Source: Patescibacteria group bacterium | GTDB lineage: Bacteria; Patescibacteriota; Patescibacteriia; WFTA01; S139-112 | Assembly: GCA_015485695.1 (NCBI GenBank) | Contig: WFTB01000006.1 | Location: 14,334 to 78,333, forward strand | Length of the DNA: 64,000 nt | Direction: 5' to 3' | Shown: positions 38,171 through 48,432 of the stretch, piece by piece | Layout: the number at the start of each line of letters is the position of its first letter | Numbering within the stretch: the stretch's first letter is position 1 | Translations under genes and position numbers: made by a program | The notes under the pieces: generated by a model | Told to the model about the DNA's origin: nothing | The model's database searches: none | Seen by the model: the letters and a program-made list of their open reading frames with translations, nothing else

Positions 38171-39640
38171 ATGGCAGAAACAAGTCAAAAAAAAGTTGTA
38201 ACCCGGTTCGCGCCGAGCCCGACCGGTGACCCGCATATAGGCAATGTTCGTACCGCCTTTTACGCATGGCTTTTTGCCAGGCAACATGAAGGCGAGTTTT
38301 TGATTCGTATCGAGGACACCGACCGAGCGCGTTCTGTTGAGGGAAGTGAAGAAAAAATCCTGAAAATGTGGAAATGGCTTGGGTTTGACTATGATCGTGA
38401 GATAATTCGTCAATCGGAGCGCAAAAGCGTGTACGGCGAAATCGCGGAAAAGCTGGTTGAAAACAGCAAGGCTTATCGTTGTTTTTGTGCTCCTGAACGA
38501 CTTGATGCGATGCGCAAGGAACAGCAAGCGCGAAAAGAACAACCGCGATATGACGAGCATTGTCGAAATATTTCAGCAGAAGAATCAGATGAAAGAAAAA
38601 ACAACGGGGAAGAATTCGTTATTCGTCTGATTACACCCGAAGGAGGGGAGACGGTAGCGTGTGATATTATACGAGGCAAAGTCGAGTTCCCGAACAACAA
38701 CATTGACGATCTTGTGCTTTTGAAGCGTGACGGATTCCCTACGTATCATTTGGCGCATGTCATCGATGATTATGAACAGGGAGTGACGCATGTTATTCGC
38801 TCCGAAGAATGGCTACCGAGTTTGCCCAAGCACATATTGATTCATGATGCTCTGGGTTATGAGTTGCCAAATTACGCGCATTTGCCAATGATACTAGCGA
38901 CCGATAAATCCAAACTCAGTAAGCGACACGGAGCGGTATCGGTTCTCGACTTCAAAGCGCAAGGTTATTTACCTGAGGCTATTGTGAATTTTATGCTTCT
39001 TCTCGGCTGGCATCCTAAGGACGGGTCGGAGCAGGAGGTGTTTGACCTTGATGATATGAAAAAGCAATTCGCGCTTGAGGACGTTCAAAAATCCGGCGCC
39101 GTATTTGACTATCAAAAACTCGATTGGATGAACGCTCATTACATACGTCGTATGGAGTCGGATTTGTTATATGATTCGGTGTTGCCGTTTTTTGAAAAAA
39201 ACGATGCGTATAAGGGCTTGGATTTTTTGGGCAATAACGAAACGTCCGAGTTGTTGAAACGCGCGTTAAGATTGGAGCAAGATAGAGTCAAGAAATTATC
39301 AGAATTTCCGGATGCTTTGGGATTTGTCTTTTTTGAGCCGACTTATGATAATCCGGATATTTTGATTTGGAAAAAAAGCGACAAAGCGGAGACTGTAGAT
39401 CGGCTTGAGATGCTCGCTGAACTTCTAAACGGAATCGTAAGTTGGAATGAAGAAGAAATCGAAAAAACCGTAAAAGATAAAATCGAATCGGAAGGGTATG
39501 GGAACGGGGATACTCTCTGGCCGTTGCGAGTCGCTCTCTCCGGCAGAGAAAAATCGCCTGGCCCTTTTGAAATCGCCGAAGTCATAGGAAAAGAAAAAAC
39601 GATAAATCGTATAAACAACGCCATAAAGATTCTGGGATGA
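38171..39640 (+). CDS. gltX: Glutamate--tRNA ligase
   Basis: TRFAPSPTG, HIGN, RIEDTD, AYRCFC, PTYH, KLSKRHG, LRVALSG. Confidence 0.98.
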   Translation: MAETSQKKVVTRFAPSPTGDPHIGNVRTAFYAWLFARQHEGEFLIRIEDTDRARSVEGSEEKILKMWKWLGFDYDREIIRQSERKSVYGEIAEKLVENSKAYRCFCAPERLDAMRKEQQARKEQPRYDEHCRNISAEESDERKNNGEEFVIRLITPEGGETVACDIIRGKVEFPNNNIDDLVLLKRDGFPTYHLAHVIDDYEQGVTHVIRSEEWLPSLPKHILIHDALGYELPNYAHLPMILATDKSKLSKRHGAVSVLDFKAQGYLPEAIVNFMLLLGWHPKDGSEQEVFDLDDMKKQFALEDVQKSGAVFDYQKLDWMNAHYIRRMESDLLYDSVLPFFEKNDAYKGLDFLGNNETSELLKRALRLEQDRVKKLSEFPDALGFVFFEPTYDNPDILIWKKSDKAETVDRLEMLAELLNGIVSWNEEEIEKTVKDKIESEGYGNGDTLWPLRVALSGREKSPGPFEIAEVIGKEKTINRINNAIKILG

Positions 39641-39811
39641 TATTTGCAAATGGTTTTTTCGCTTTATCTGTGAATTTATCTTGTGAATTTGAGTTTAGGA
39701 GTCCGTTTAAAACTTCAATTTTATTATCAAAGTCTCGTAGTCTCAAGTGAATATTGTGAAATTGCTTCGTAACAAGGATGTTTGGCGCTGGATTTTGCCA
39801 TAATTTTATTC

Positions 39812-41056
39812 ATGCATATTCGATTGATTAAGAAAAAACGTATAATAATTATAGCGCTCGCACCTTTGCTTGTCGGCGCGGTTTATTTTCCGATTGATAA
39901 ATTATACGCTGTGAGCATCGAGCAGTTGAAAGAACAGATAAAACTGAATCAATCAAGAACCTATGAATTGCAGGACAAAATACAGGAGTTGCAAAACAGT
40001 ATAGACGCAAGACGCAGTCAATCCGTATCTTTGTCGAATCAGATAAACGTATTCAACAGTCGCATTGCGCGAATTGAAGCTGAGATTGAGCTTACGAATA
40101 CCAGAATAGAGCAGACTAACCTCGAAATAGAAAAAACACAGATGGAAATATCTCAGACAGAAGAGATGATTTCGTCCAAAAAGCTGAATCTGAGTGCTCT
40201 TATAAGGTCGCTTGACAGACTGGGTAGAAAAGATGGAGTGGAAATTCTTTTGTTAAACGATACCGTGTCCGATTTTTTCAATGACATAGAATCGACTTTG
40301 CGTCTTCAAGGTAAAATAAAAAAAACCATTGAGAATCTCGCGGAACAAAGAAAGGAGCTGGCGTTGAAAAAGAAAGTTTTTGAAGACAAGAAAAAATCTC
40401 TAACTTCGCTCAAGGAAATATTCATATCCGATCAGGAGCGTATTCGCGAACAAACCGCCGTAAGAGCCGCCTTGTTGGCGGAGACCAAAAATTCAGAGGC
40501 TCGTTTTCAGGATCAACTCAGAAAAACAAAGGCCGAGCAAATACGAATCAACACGGATATACAAAATTTGGAAAGAACGGTTCGTCAAAGATTGGAGAGC
40601 TTGAGTATCGGGGACGGATTCAAACGTGTGGCGGGAGCGAGTTCTTTACGGTGGCCGGTTCCGTTCAAAAAAATAACGACATATTTCCATGATCCGGATT
40701 ATCCTTATCGTTATATATTCGAGCATCCGGCGCTTGATTTGCGCGCGGGACAGGGCACTCCCGTAAGAGCTGCGGCTCCCGGGTTTGTGGCGCGCGCCGC
40801 GGATAGGGGAACGGGATATTCTTATGTAATGATTATACACTCAAACGGTTTATCGACAGTGTATGGGCATGTGTCAAAGATTATGGTTCAGGAAGACCAG
40901 TTCGTTAATCAAGGCGATATAGTGGCTTTGTCCGGAGGGACACCCGGTACTCCCGGAGCCGGTAAATTGACATCCGGACCGCATTTGCATTTTGAGACAA
41001 GGCTTAACGGAATTCCCGTCGACCCTTTGGGTTATTTGACTATTCCACGGCAGTGA
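39812..41056 (+). CDS. Coiled-coil M23 family peptidoglycan DD-endopeptidase
   Basis: Signal peptide, long coiled coil, M23 Zn motifs HPALD and GPHLHFE, TVYGH. Confidence 0.92.
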   Translation: MHIRLIKKKRIIIIALAPLLVGAVYFPIDKLYAVSIEQLKEQIKLNQSRTYELQDKIQELQNSIDARRSQSVSLSNQINVFNSRIARIEAEIELTNTRIEQTNLEIEKTQMEISQTEEMISSKKLNLSALIRSLDRLGRKDGVEILLLNDTVSDFFNDIESTLRLQGKIKKTIENLAEQRKELALKKKVFEDKKKSLTSLKEIFISDQERIREQTAVRAALLAETKNSEARFQDQLRKTKAEQIRINTDIQNLERTVRQRLESLSIGDGFKRVAGASSLRWPVPFKKITTYFHDPDYPYRYIFEHPALDLRAGQGTPVRAAAPGFVARAADRGTGYSYVMIIHSNGLSTVYGHVSKIMVQEDQFVNQGDIVALSGGTPGTPGAGKLTSGPHLHFETRLNGIPVDPLGYLTIPRQ

Positions 41057-41189
41057 GATTTTCCGGTAAGATTCGTTTGCTCATAATCAAACGAACGTTT
41101 TGGGTGACGTTACTGTTTTGGGTTTTTGTTTTTCTTATTTTGCGCGTTTTGTGTTATAATGTATCGTGTTAAATGTTTTATTTCGCATT

Positions 41190-41771
41190 ATGTTACACGA
41201 ACTCCCAAAATTAAATTACGATTATGATGCCCTGGAACCGTATATAGACGCGAAGACAATGGAAATTCATCATACGAAACACCATCAAGGATATGTTGAT
41301 AAATTAAACTCTGTTTTGGACAAGCATCCGGATTTGCGAGATAAGGATTTGGGCAAGTTGCTGTTTGACGTTAAAAGTTTGCCGATAGACGAATCTGACA
41401 AGATATCAATTCTCAACAACGGAGGAGGACACCTGAATCATTCCCTGTTTTGGGAAGTGATGGACCCCGGCAATGAAAAGAACGAACAATTGTCAAGCGC
41501 CATAATCGAACAGTTTGGATCCGTTGATTCAATGAAGGAAGAATTCGAAAATGTCGCGATTAACAAATTCGGTAGCGGTTGGGCTTGGCTTGTGAGAGAC
41601 GAGGAAAATAATTTTCTGATATACGGCACTGACAATCAAGATTCCCCGTATATGCACGGATACGCTCCCATTATCGGAATTGACGTATGGGAGCACGCTT
41701 ATTATTTGAAATATCAGAACAGAAGAGCCGAATACGTAAAAGCATGGTGGAATTTGGTCAAAATCATTTAA
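41190..41771 (+). CDS. sodA: Superoxide dismutase (Mn/Fe family, Mn-type signature)
   Basis: HHTKHH, NNGGGHLNHSLFW, FGSGWAWL, NQD, DVWEHAYY. Confidence 0.93.
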   Translation: MLHELPKLNYDYDALEPYIDAKTMEIHHTKHHQGYVDKLNSVLDKHPDLRDKDLGKLLFDVKSLPIDESDKISILNNGGGHLNHSLFWEVMDPGNEKNEQLSSAIIEQFGSVDSMKEEFENVAINKFGSGWAWLVRDEENNFLIYGTDNQDSPYMHGYAPIIGIDVWEHAYYLKYQNRRAEYVKAWWNLVKII

Positions 41772-41783
41772 AGGAACTTAATC

Positions 41784-41809
41784 AACTCTCGCGTAAGCGA
41801 GAGTTTTTT
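41784..41809. terminator. Rho-independent terminator between sod and fmt
   Basis: AACTCTCGC-GTAA-GCGAGAGTT followed by a T run. Confidence 0.8.
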
Positions 41810-41845
41810 ATTTAAAAATCTTGTTGTCCGGTATGCTGTCGCGCT

Positions 41846-42775
41846 TTAATCGTTGTTCTTGATGTAGCCACGAGCAAAATCCGACCCCTTCATTTGTTTT
41901 TTTCCGGAAGGTTGTATTATCAAAACTTCCAATGTCGTGCAGTTTCCGCAACTTATCAGCAGTTTATCGTTTTCAAACGACGCTTTCCCCGGAAATGTTT
42001 GTTTGAGTGTTAAATTCGAGACTTTCGCTTTTATTATTTTAACGTCAATTCCTTCTATTTGAGAAAACGCTCCGGGCCACGGATGATAAGCTCTGGTCAT
42101 CTTTTCTATGTAATCCGCGCTTGAATTCCAATCTATTTTTCCGTCTTCTTTTTTTATTATTTCACAATACGTCGCTTTGTCATGGTCTTGTTGCTTCGGA
42201 ACAATATCTCCAGCAATGTATTTGCAGATTGTTTCGGGTAAATTATCGGCTCCGATTTGAAATAATTTTTTGCCCAGAGTTTCGCAATTATCCGATTCTA
42301 AGATATCGGATTCGAAATTCGCGATTATCGGTCCGTGGTCCATTTTTTCGTCCATCAACATTATTGACACGCCCGACTTTGTCAAACCGTCCAGAATTTG
42401 ATATTGCAAAGGACTCGGACCTCTGTAAAGCGGAAGGAGTGACGGGTGTATGTTTATGCTTCCGTGTTTTGGAATATCTATCAGTTTTTTTGGCAGTATT
42501 TTCCCGTACGCGACAACCACGAACAAATCCGGGTTTTCCTGTCGGATTTTATTTATGAATTCGTCTGTTATTTTTTCGGGTTGAAGCACTCGGATTCCGT
42601 GTCTTTTCGCAATATCTTTCACCGGTGGGGGCGTCAGTGTTTTTTTGCGCCCGGTTGGCTTATCCGCGCGAGTGACGACGGAGATTACGGGTATTCCGCT
42701 TTCTATGAGTTTTTCAAGCGCCGGAACGGCATATTGCGGAGTTCCGAAGAAAATTATTTTAGTGTTTTTATTCAT
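41846..42775 (-). CDS. fmt: Methionyl-tRNA formyltransferase
   Basis: FFGTP, VVAYGKILP, NIHPSLLPLYRGPSP, MDHGPI, RAYHPWPG. Confidence 0.97.
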   Translation of the reverse strand: MNKNTKIIFFGTPQYAVPALEKLIESGIPVISVVTRADKPTGRKKTLTPPPVKDIAKRHGIRVLQPEKITDEFINKIRQENPDLFVVVAYGKILPKKLIDIPKHGSINIHPSLLPLYRGPSPLQYQILDGLTKSGVSIMLMDEKMDHGPIIANFESDILESDNCETLGKKLFQIGADNLPETICKYIAGDIVPKQQDHDKATYCEIIKKEDGKIDWNSSADYIEKMTRAYHPWPGAFSQIEGIDVKIIKAKVSNLTLKQTFPGKASFENDKLLISCGNCTTLEVLIIQPSGKKQMKGSDFARGYIKNND

Positions 42776-43293
42776 TTTATGTACGGGTATTCGGGTATCA
42801 TCATTTTGTCCCGCGAGAGAGATATGGCTTTGCTTGTAAACAGCACCCCGTCCAAGTGGTCGATTTCGTGTTGTATGACACGCGCCAAAAATCCGTCCGC
42901 GTTCAATGTGAGGGTTTTTCCGCTCGAATCTTGATATGATATGGTTATTTTCTCCGGGCGTTTAACGTTTCCGTAAACCGCCGGTATCGACAGACACCCT
43001 TCTTCCATAATCGTTTTTTTGAGAGATTTTTTTTTGATTGTCGGATTGATTAGTTCGAGAATATCTTCGTCCGCGTCAGAGACCGCCTTAATGTCGATAA
43101 TCGCGATACGAACCGACACTCCGACTTGCGGAGCCGCCAGGCCGACACCGTTGGCGTTTCGCATCGTGTTTTTCATGTCATTTATGAGATTCGAGAATTT
43201 ACCGATTTTGATTTCATCGGCTGAGAGCTTTTCAGCTTTTTTGAACAGGACCGGTTGCGGGTCCAAATATATCGGCAGTATCATAATTCTCAT
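42772..43293 (-). CDS. def: Peptide deformylase
   Basis: GVGLAAPQVG, EGCLS, QHEIDHLDG. Confidence 0.97.
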   Translation of the reverse strand: MRIMILPIYLDPQPVLFKKAEKLSADEIKIGKFSNLINDMKNTMRNANGVGLAAPQVGVSVRIAIIDIKAVSDADEDILELINPTIKKKSLKKTIMEEGCLSIPAVYGNVKRPEKITISYQDSSGKTLTLNADGFLARVIQHEIDHLDGVLFTSKAISLSRDKMMIPEYPYIK

Positions 43294-45137
43294 TAAAGCA
43301 ATGATTCGGGGTTTCTGTCAAACACCCATCCTGGTTCCGTTATAAGCTCGTTTATTTTTGAAAGCGCGCTTTCTTCTCGGTTGTCGCGTTTTATTTTTAT
43401 TATTAAATTGAATTGATAATTTCCTCGAACCCTCTTTCGGTAAGACGGAAACGGTCTTGAAATTTCAATATTTTCCGATTTTTCTTTTGGCAGATATTTT
43501 TTTAATCTGTTGTACATGTGCATCGCTTCTCCGACCGCGCGTTTTTCGTCTTTGTTCTTGTATGTCAGTTTTAAAATCGTTGTAAACGGAGGATATCCGA
43601 GAGTTCGCCGCAATTTTATTTCGTGATTGTAAAACAAATCGGGTTTGTTTTGTGCGATTGATTTTATAACCACGTTGTCCGGATTGTAAGTTTGAATTAT
43701 CAAATTCGGCGATAAAAATCGTTTAAGAGTCTTATATGTCGATTCTCCGGCTCTAAAGTCCGGTCGGCACAGAGCCTGGTCCGCATTTATTATGCCAACC
43801 GTTTCGATAGAGTTCCAATCGATTCTGGGTAACGCGAACTCGGTTCCTATGAATATTCCGGGTTTTGATTTTTTGATTTGATTCGAGGTTTGTTTCGTAT
43901 CGCTGTCCAATCTTGTGATATTGATTTTTGGAAACAATTTTGCGATTTCGTTTTCTATTTTTTGCGTGCCTTTTCCGGTGAGTTTGATTTCCGGTCCGAA
44001 ACACGAAGGACAAAGCGGGGGCAGCTCTTCTCTGTGGCGACAATGGTGGCATATCAAGCGTTTATTAACGTGAAAAACAAGGGGCAAATCGCATTCCGGA
44101 CAGAGAATGGTGTGTCCGCAATCTTTGCAAGTCACGCTTGATGAGTGCCCTCTTCTGTTAAGAAACAAGAATACGTTTTTTTCGTGTCTTATCGATTCTT
44201 CAACGGCTTTTTGCAATTGCTCGCTAATATTGGAATAATTGCCTTTCAATCTTTCTTCTTTCATGTCAACTACGGAAATTGAACGCTGAGGCGTCTTAAC
44301 ACGTTTGCCCGAGACCTTGTCGTTAAGATATGTTTCAACACTCGGTGTGTCGGTTATGTGTATGACTTTCGCATTATGAATTTCGGATAACATGTTCGCG
44401 ACTTCACGCGCGTGGTATTTCGGTGATGATTCGGATTTGTACGAACCGCTTGATTCGTTTTCCATAATTATCAGTTTCAAGTTGAAAAACGGAGCGAACA
44501 AAGAAGATCTGGTGCCTATGATAAGATTGGTTTCTCCCAGCAACACTTTCAGATATTCTCGGAATGCTTTCTTCTTTGCCGCTGATTCTCGCCAAATTGA
44601 TATGTTTTCAACTTTGGATGCGTATTTGTTCGCAATTCTTCGCGTTTCGATTTTTTCCGGCGCGATATAAAGCGCTTGCCGACCTCGACTTACCGTTTCC
44701 ATTATGATCGAATCAACCTTTTTCGTATCGGCAAAACTTATAATCTCCGTTTTGTTCGATGATTTTTTGGTCACTCTTTTTTTGCGAGTTGGATTTTTTA
44801 TGTTGATTTCGAGTTTTTTGGGAATTTCCGGAACTATCAGCTTTGTTGATGTGGACAAGGAAACGGAATATGTATTCGCAATCCACACGGCGATTCGCAT
44901 TTGTTCCGGAGTTACAATCGGGGCGTTTGATTGATTAGCGATTATCGATTTTAAGTCGTCCATTTTCGCTGGTTCGTTTACGGTTTTGACCAATCCGGCC
45001 ACTGTTCTGTTGCGGAAAGGTATTGACACTATGGTTCCCGGTTTTACGGTTTCCGCCAGATCCAAAGGTACATTATAACTGTATGTGCCGGAAACATTTC
45101 GCGGTAATCTTATTATTGGGATAACATCGGCTATCAT
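43293..45137 (-). CDS. priA: Primosomal protein N' (PriA), helicase motifs degenerate
   Basis: 3'-DNA binding N-terminus (VSIPFR), IGTRSSLFAP, LFLNRRG, Cys-rich CKDCG..CPEC..CHHC..CPSC, IQTYNP, GYPPF; Walker A and DExH not recognisable. Confidence 0.88.
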   Translation of the reverse strand: MIADVIPIIRLPRNVSGTYSYNVPLDLAETVKPGTIVSIPFRNRTVAGLVKTVNEPAKMDDLKSIIANQSNAPIVTPEQMRIAVWIANTYSVSLSTSTKLIVPEIPKKLEINIKNPTRKKRVTKKSSNKTEIISFADTKKVDSIIMETVSRGRQALYIAPEKIETRRIANKYASKVENISIWRESAAKKKAFREYLKVLLGETNLIIGTRSSLFAPFFNLKLIIMENESSGSYKSESSPKYHAREVANMLSEIHNAKVIHITDTPSVETYLNDKVSGKRVKTPQRSISVVDMKEERLKGNYSNISEQLQKAVEESIRHEKNVFLFLNRRGHSSSVTCKDCGHTILCPECDLPLVFHVNKRLICHHCRHREELPPLCPSCFGPEIKLTGKGTQKIENEIAKLFPKINITRLDSDTKQTSNQIKKSKPGIFIGTEFALPRIDWNSIETVGIINADQALCRPDFRAGESTYKTLKRFLSPNLIIQTYNPDNVVIKSIAQNKPDLFYNHEIKLRRTLGYPPFTTILKLTYKNKDEKRAVGEAMHMYNRLKKYLPKEKSENIEISRPFPSYRKRVRGNYQFNLIIKIKRDNREESALSKINELITEPGWVFDRNPESLL

Positions 45138-45265
45138 GTTCTTGGCGTATTATGATATAATCGCGTTTTTCATTTTTAGTGTTCGGGAATTTTCGGAACT
45201 TTTCGTCATTTGCAAATCATATTTCGACTCTTCTTGAGTTCAGTGTTTTTGAACAGCGTCCGTTA

Positions 45266-46627
45266 TCAGAGGTTTTGTATGTTCAACGGCTCGCCAGTTC
45301 GGTGCAAGGACAGGGCTTTTTGAGATGTTTGTATTACGTTTTTCCAATCATATCCAAGTTTTTCGAAAACTTTCTCTGTTGGAATCGGTAGTTTTAAACC
45401 GTTCGATATCACATACACGGCTGGGTCTCCGACCGCGCTTACCAATTCGCCGTCTTTAAACTTTACAGGTTCTCCTTGTCGGAATTTTTCTATTTCTTCC
45501 GTTTTTGCGGGAGATATTTTCATGTAAGGGAAATTTGCGTTCATGATTTCTCGAGACCAGATGGCGTGTCTTACATTGTCGCGAACATACCACACTCCTC
45601 CGGTGGAAGTGTCTTGAAGCAGAGCTCCAGTCGGATGGGCGTTTTCTTCGGTTATGGGTTCTCCCGTCGGTATTGTGGCAAGGTCCTCCGGTGATACTTG
45701 TTCGACCTCTTCGGGATTGAATCCTATTTTCCTAAACGCTTCTCGCGAAACTATTGGACGTTTTTTATCGTCAACTATCAGGTATATTCCTCCCGTTTTT
45801 GAATCCTGCAACAGTGAGTATTGAGCGTATTTTATCGGAGGGCCCAGCGGGAATGAAGATAAATTTTCGGGCGACGTTACAATCACTTTTTCAAGGTCGT
45901 ATCTGGACGCGAAAGCCAACATGGAAGCGAATGGACGTTTTTGTCCGTTTTGAATTATGAATATCCCTCCGGTTTCGGAATCTTGCAACAGAGTTCCGTC
46001 GGGGAATTCATGTGTGAACCAATTTTTCCATATTTTGTAAAAATTTTTGTTTCCGGGTATGTGAGGCGTGTACAGATAAAGAGCATGTGTTGCTCGATTG
46101 CCTATCGTCACTCTTTCATCGTCTATCGTGTAAGTCGAGCCGACTTTGAACCCGTATGATTGGGGATTGTCATAAAACAATCTGAAAGTGGACGCGGCAT
46201 AGTCTATTTGATTCGCGAATCCTTTATATCTTTGCAATTTCGGGTCCGATTTGCTGCACGAGTCACAGACACCGAATCCCGTCGCCCAATCTAGCCTTCT
46301 TTGCGTTAAGGGTTCGGTTATCAAACTTTGCTCTTTTTGCAGTGTCGTTATGAGCACTTTCGGGTTTATTCTCGCCAATTGAGAGTTGTCGTATATCAAT
46401 TGAGACGCGCGGACTCGAATTGCGGGATCGACATAATCAGCCAAATAGGATTTTTTATCCTTCAGGAAACGTTGTATATCGTCCATTGACATCGAATTGT
46501 AATCAACAAACTCGGAATCGGACATTATGACGCCGGGTTGGAATTGGGCGATTGCAGGATATGTTTGCGAAAGGTATATTATGGAAATGAATAAAAACGC
46601 GAAAAAATATTTTAATGTTGTAATCAT
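45266..46627 (-). CDS. Exported protein with N-terminal putative cell-wall-acting domain and four ~60-aa repeats
   Basis: Signal peptide; INPKVLITTLQKEQSL...ATHALYLYTPH domain; repeats with consensus GxLLQDxxTGGI(F/Y)xIxxxxKRP...GEP. Confidence 0.75.
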   Translation of the reverse strand: MITTLKYFFAFLFISIIYLSQTYPAIAQFQPGVIMSDSEFVDYNSMSMDDIQRFLKDKKSYLADYVDPAIRVRASQLIYDNSQLARINPKVLITTLQKEQSLITEPLTQRRLDWATGFGVCDSCSKSDPKLQRYKGFANQIDYAASTFRLFYDNPQSYGFKVGSTYTIDDERVTIGNRATHALYLYTPHIPGNKNFYKIWKNWFTHEFPDGTLLQDSETGGIFIIQNGQKRPFASMLAFASRYDLEKVIVTSPENLSSFPLGPPIKYAQYSLLQDSKTGGIYLIVDDKKRPIVSREAFRKIGFNPEEVEQVSPEDLATIPTGEPITEENAHPTGALLQDTSTGGVWYVRDNVRHAIWSREIMNANFPYMKISPAKTEEIEKFRQGEPVKFKDGELVSAVGDPAVYVISNGLKLPIPTEKVFEKLGYDWKNVIQTSQKALSLHRTGEPLNIQNL

Positions 46628-46937
46628 GTTTTGATGTTTTAAGTTATTGAGGACAGTATACTATGAGAGTGGCCTTGTTTCAACAATTTTTTTTCTGGTT
46701 TGATTCAAGTGACCTGTCCGGTTTGCGGTTTTACATTCGAGTGCCGCGTTTTTTATTGGATTCGCGGTTAATCGGTCAAATGCGCAAGAGGCGGTACAAA
46801 ACCTCGGAATTTCGAAACAATTTTGAAATCTCAACTCAAAATTCCGAAATTTCGAGAATAAAATATAGATTTTTGGTAAAGTTTCGGCGAGTTTCGTTTT
46901 CTCTTCCATTTTTGTTTGAAAGTGCTAAACTTGATTT

Positions 46938-48089
46938 ATGAAGATATCTTATCTCGCAAACATAAGAGTCCCTTCCGAAAAGGGGGAGACACTGCAAATT
47001 ATGAAGATGTGTTCCGCTTTGGCGAATTCCGGAAAGGATGTTGATTTGGAATTGGTTGTCCCTCGTCGCAGGAATACAATGAAAGTGTCAGATCCGTTTG
47101 AATATTACGGAGTTGAAGAAAACTTTAAAATAACCCGTTTGCCGATTGTCGATTTCATGCCATGGAGATTCGTGTTCGGCAAGTGGGCTTTTCGCGCCAA
47201 CTATTGGTTGTTTTCCCATTTTGCTGCATTTTACGCGTGCAGAATAAAAAATCCGGATATAGTGTATTCGCGTGATTGGCGAACTCTTTATTTGTTACGA
47301 AACGGCAACTGTGAATTGATTTTTGAATTGCATGATTTTCGACCGCAAGATTCGGAAGGGTATAAGGCGATAGAGCCGGCTTGCAGTTCAATCGTGGTAA
47401 TCACCCAAGGGTTGAAGAAAAAACTCATAAGCATAGGAATACCGGAAAAAAAAATAGTAATAGCTCCAGACGCGGTCGATATAGAAGAGTTTGACATAGA
47501 CATCACTCAATCCGAGGCGAGAGACAAGCTCAGATTGGACAGAAATCAAAAATTGGTGATATACACGGGGCACTTGTTCAGGTGGAAGGGAGCGCATACT
47601 TTGATAGACGCTTTTGAGATACTTCACAAGCAAGAATACGAAGCCAAATTGGTGCTGGTCGGTGGCATGGAAGAAGATATAGCCAGGGTAAAAAAGAGCA
47701 TATCGGAAAAGGGAATCGAAAACATTATTGTTGTGGGTCATCGTCCTTACAGGGAGATTTCCCTGTACTTGAAAGCGGCGGATATTGTTGTTATGGCTGA
47801 TTCGATGCAATATGACATTTCACGAGAATACACTTCTCCTCTTAAGCTTTTTCAATACATGGCCGCGCGCAAACCGATTGTCGCTCCAACCACCCCGGCG
47901 CTTCTTGAGATTCTGAACACGGATAATGCGTGGCCGTATTCTCCTGATGACCCGAAATCTCTGGCGACCACTTTAAAATACGCTCTTGAACATCCGGATG
48001 AATCCGAGAAAAAAGTCGAACATGCTTGGCAAGAAGTAAAAAAGTATACATGGGTGAATCGCAGAGATAAAATTTTTAAAGATTCGTAA
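46938..48089 (+). CDS. GT4 family glycosyltransferase
   Basis: QIMKMC, APDAVD, YTGHLFRWKG, AADIVV, SPLKLFQYMAARKPIV. Confidence 0.92.
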   Translation: MKISYLANIRVPSEKGETLQIMKMCSALANSGKDVDLELVVPRRRNTMKVSDPFEYYGVEENFKITRLPIVDFMPWRFVFGKWAFRANYWLFSHFAAFYACRIKNPDIVYSRDWRTLYLLRNGNCELIFELHDFRPQDSEGYKAIEPACSSIVVITQGLKKKLISIGIPEKKIVIAPDAVDIEEFDIDITQSEARDKLRLDRNQKLVIYTGHLFRWKGAHTLIDAFEILHKQEYEAKLVLVGGMEEDIARVKKSISEKGIENIIVVGHRPYREISLYLKAADIVVMADSMQYDISREYTSPLKLFQYMAARKPIVAPTTPALLEILNTDNAWPYSPDDPKSLATTLKYALEHPDESEKKVEHAWQEVKKYTWVNRRDKIFKDS

Positions 48090-48092
48090 AAT

Positions 48093-48431
48093 ATGATGGT
48101 TCAAATTTTATTGATAATATTCATAGTACTGATTATCGCCAGAATATCGGACAGATATTGGAGAAAAGAAATACACTCGGTCGGGTTTTTTTCTTGGCTT
48201 GCTTTTTGGTTGTCCGCCGGCGCGGTTGTTTTGTGGCCCGACTCTTCATCTTGGTTGGCGACAGTTTTGGGAGTCGGCAGGGGAGTTGATTTGATGCTAT
48301 ATCTTTCTGTCATGCTTATTTTCTATTTGCTGTTTCGAATTTTCGTACGACTTGAAAAACAAGAGAAAGAAATAACGAAGCTTGTCCGTAAAATGGCATT
48401 GGACGAATCGAGAAAGGAGGGCGGAGAGTAA
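48093..48431 (+). CDS. DUF2304 family membrane protein
   Basis: Three TMs, LATVLGVGRGVDL, EKEITKLVRKMAL. Confidence 0.88.
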   Translation: MMVQILLIIFIVLIIARISDRYWRKEIHSVGFFSWLAFWLSAGAVVLWPDSSSWLATVLGVGRGVDLMLYLSVMLIFYLLFRIFVRLEKQEKEITKLVRKMALDESRKEGGE

Positions 48432-48432
48432 C

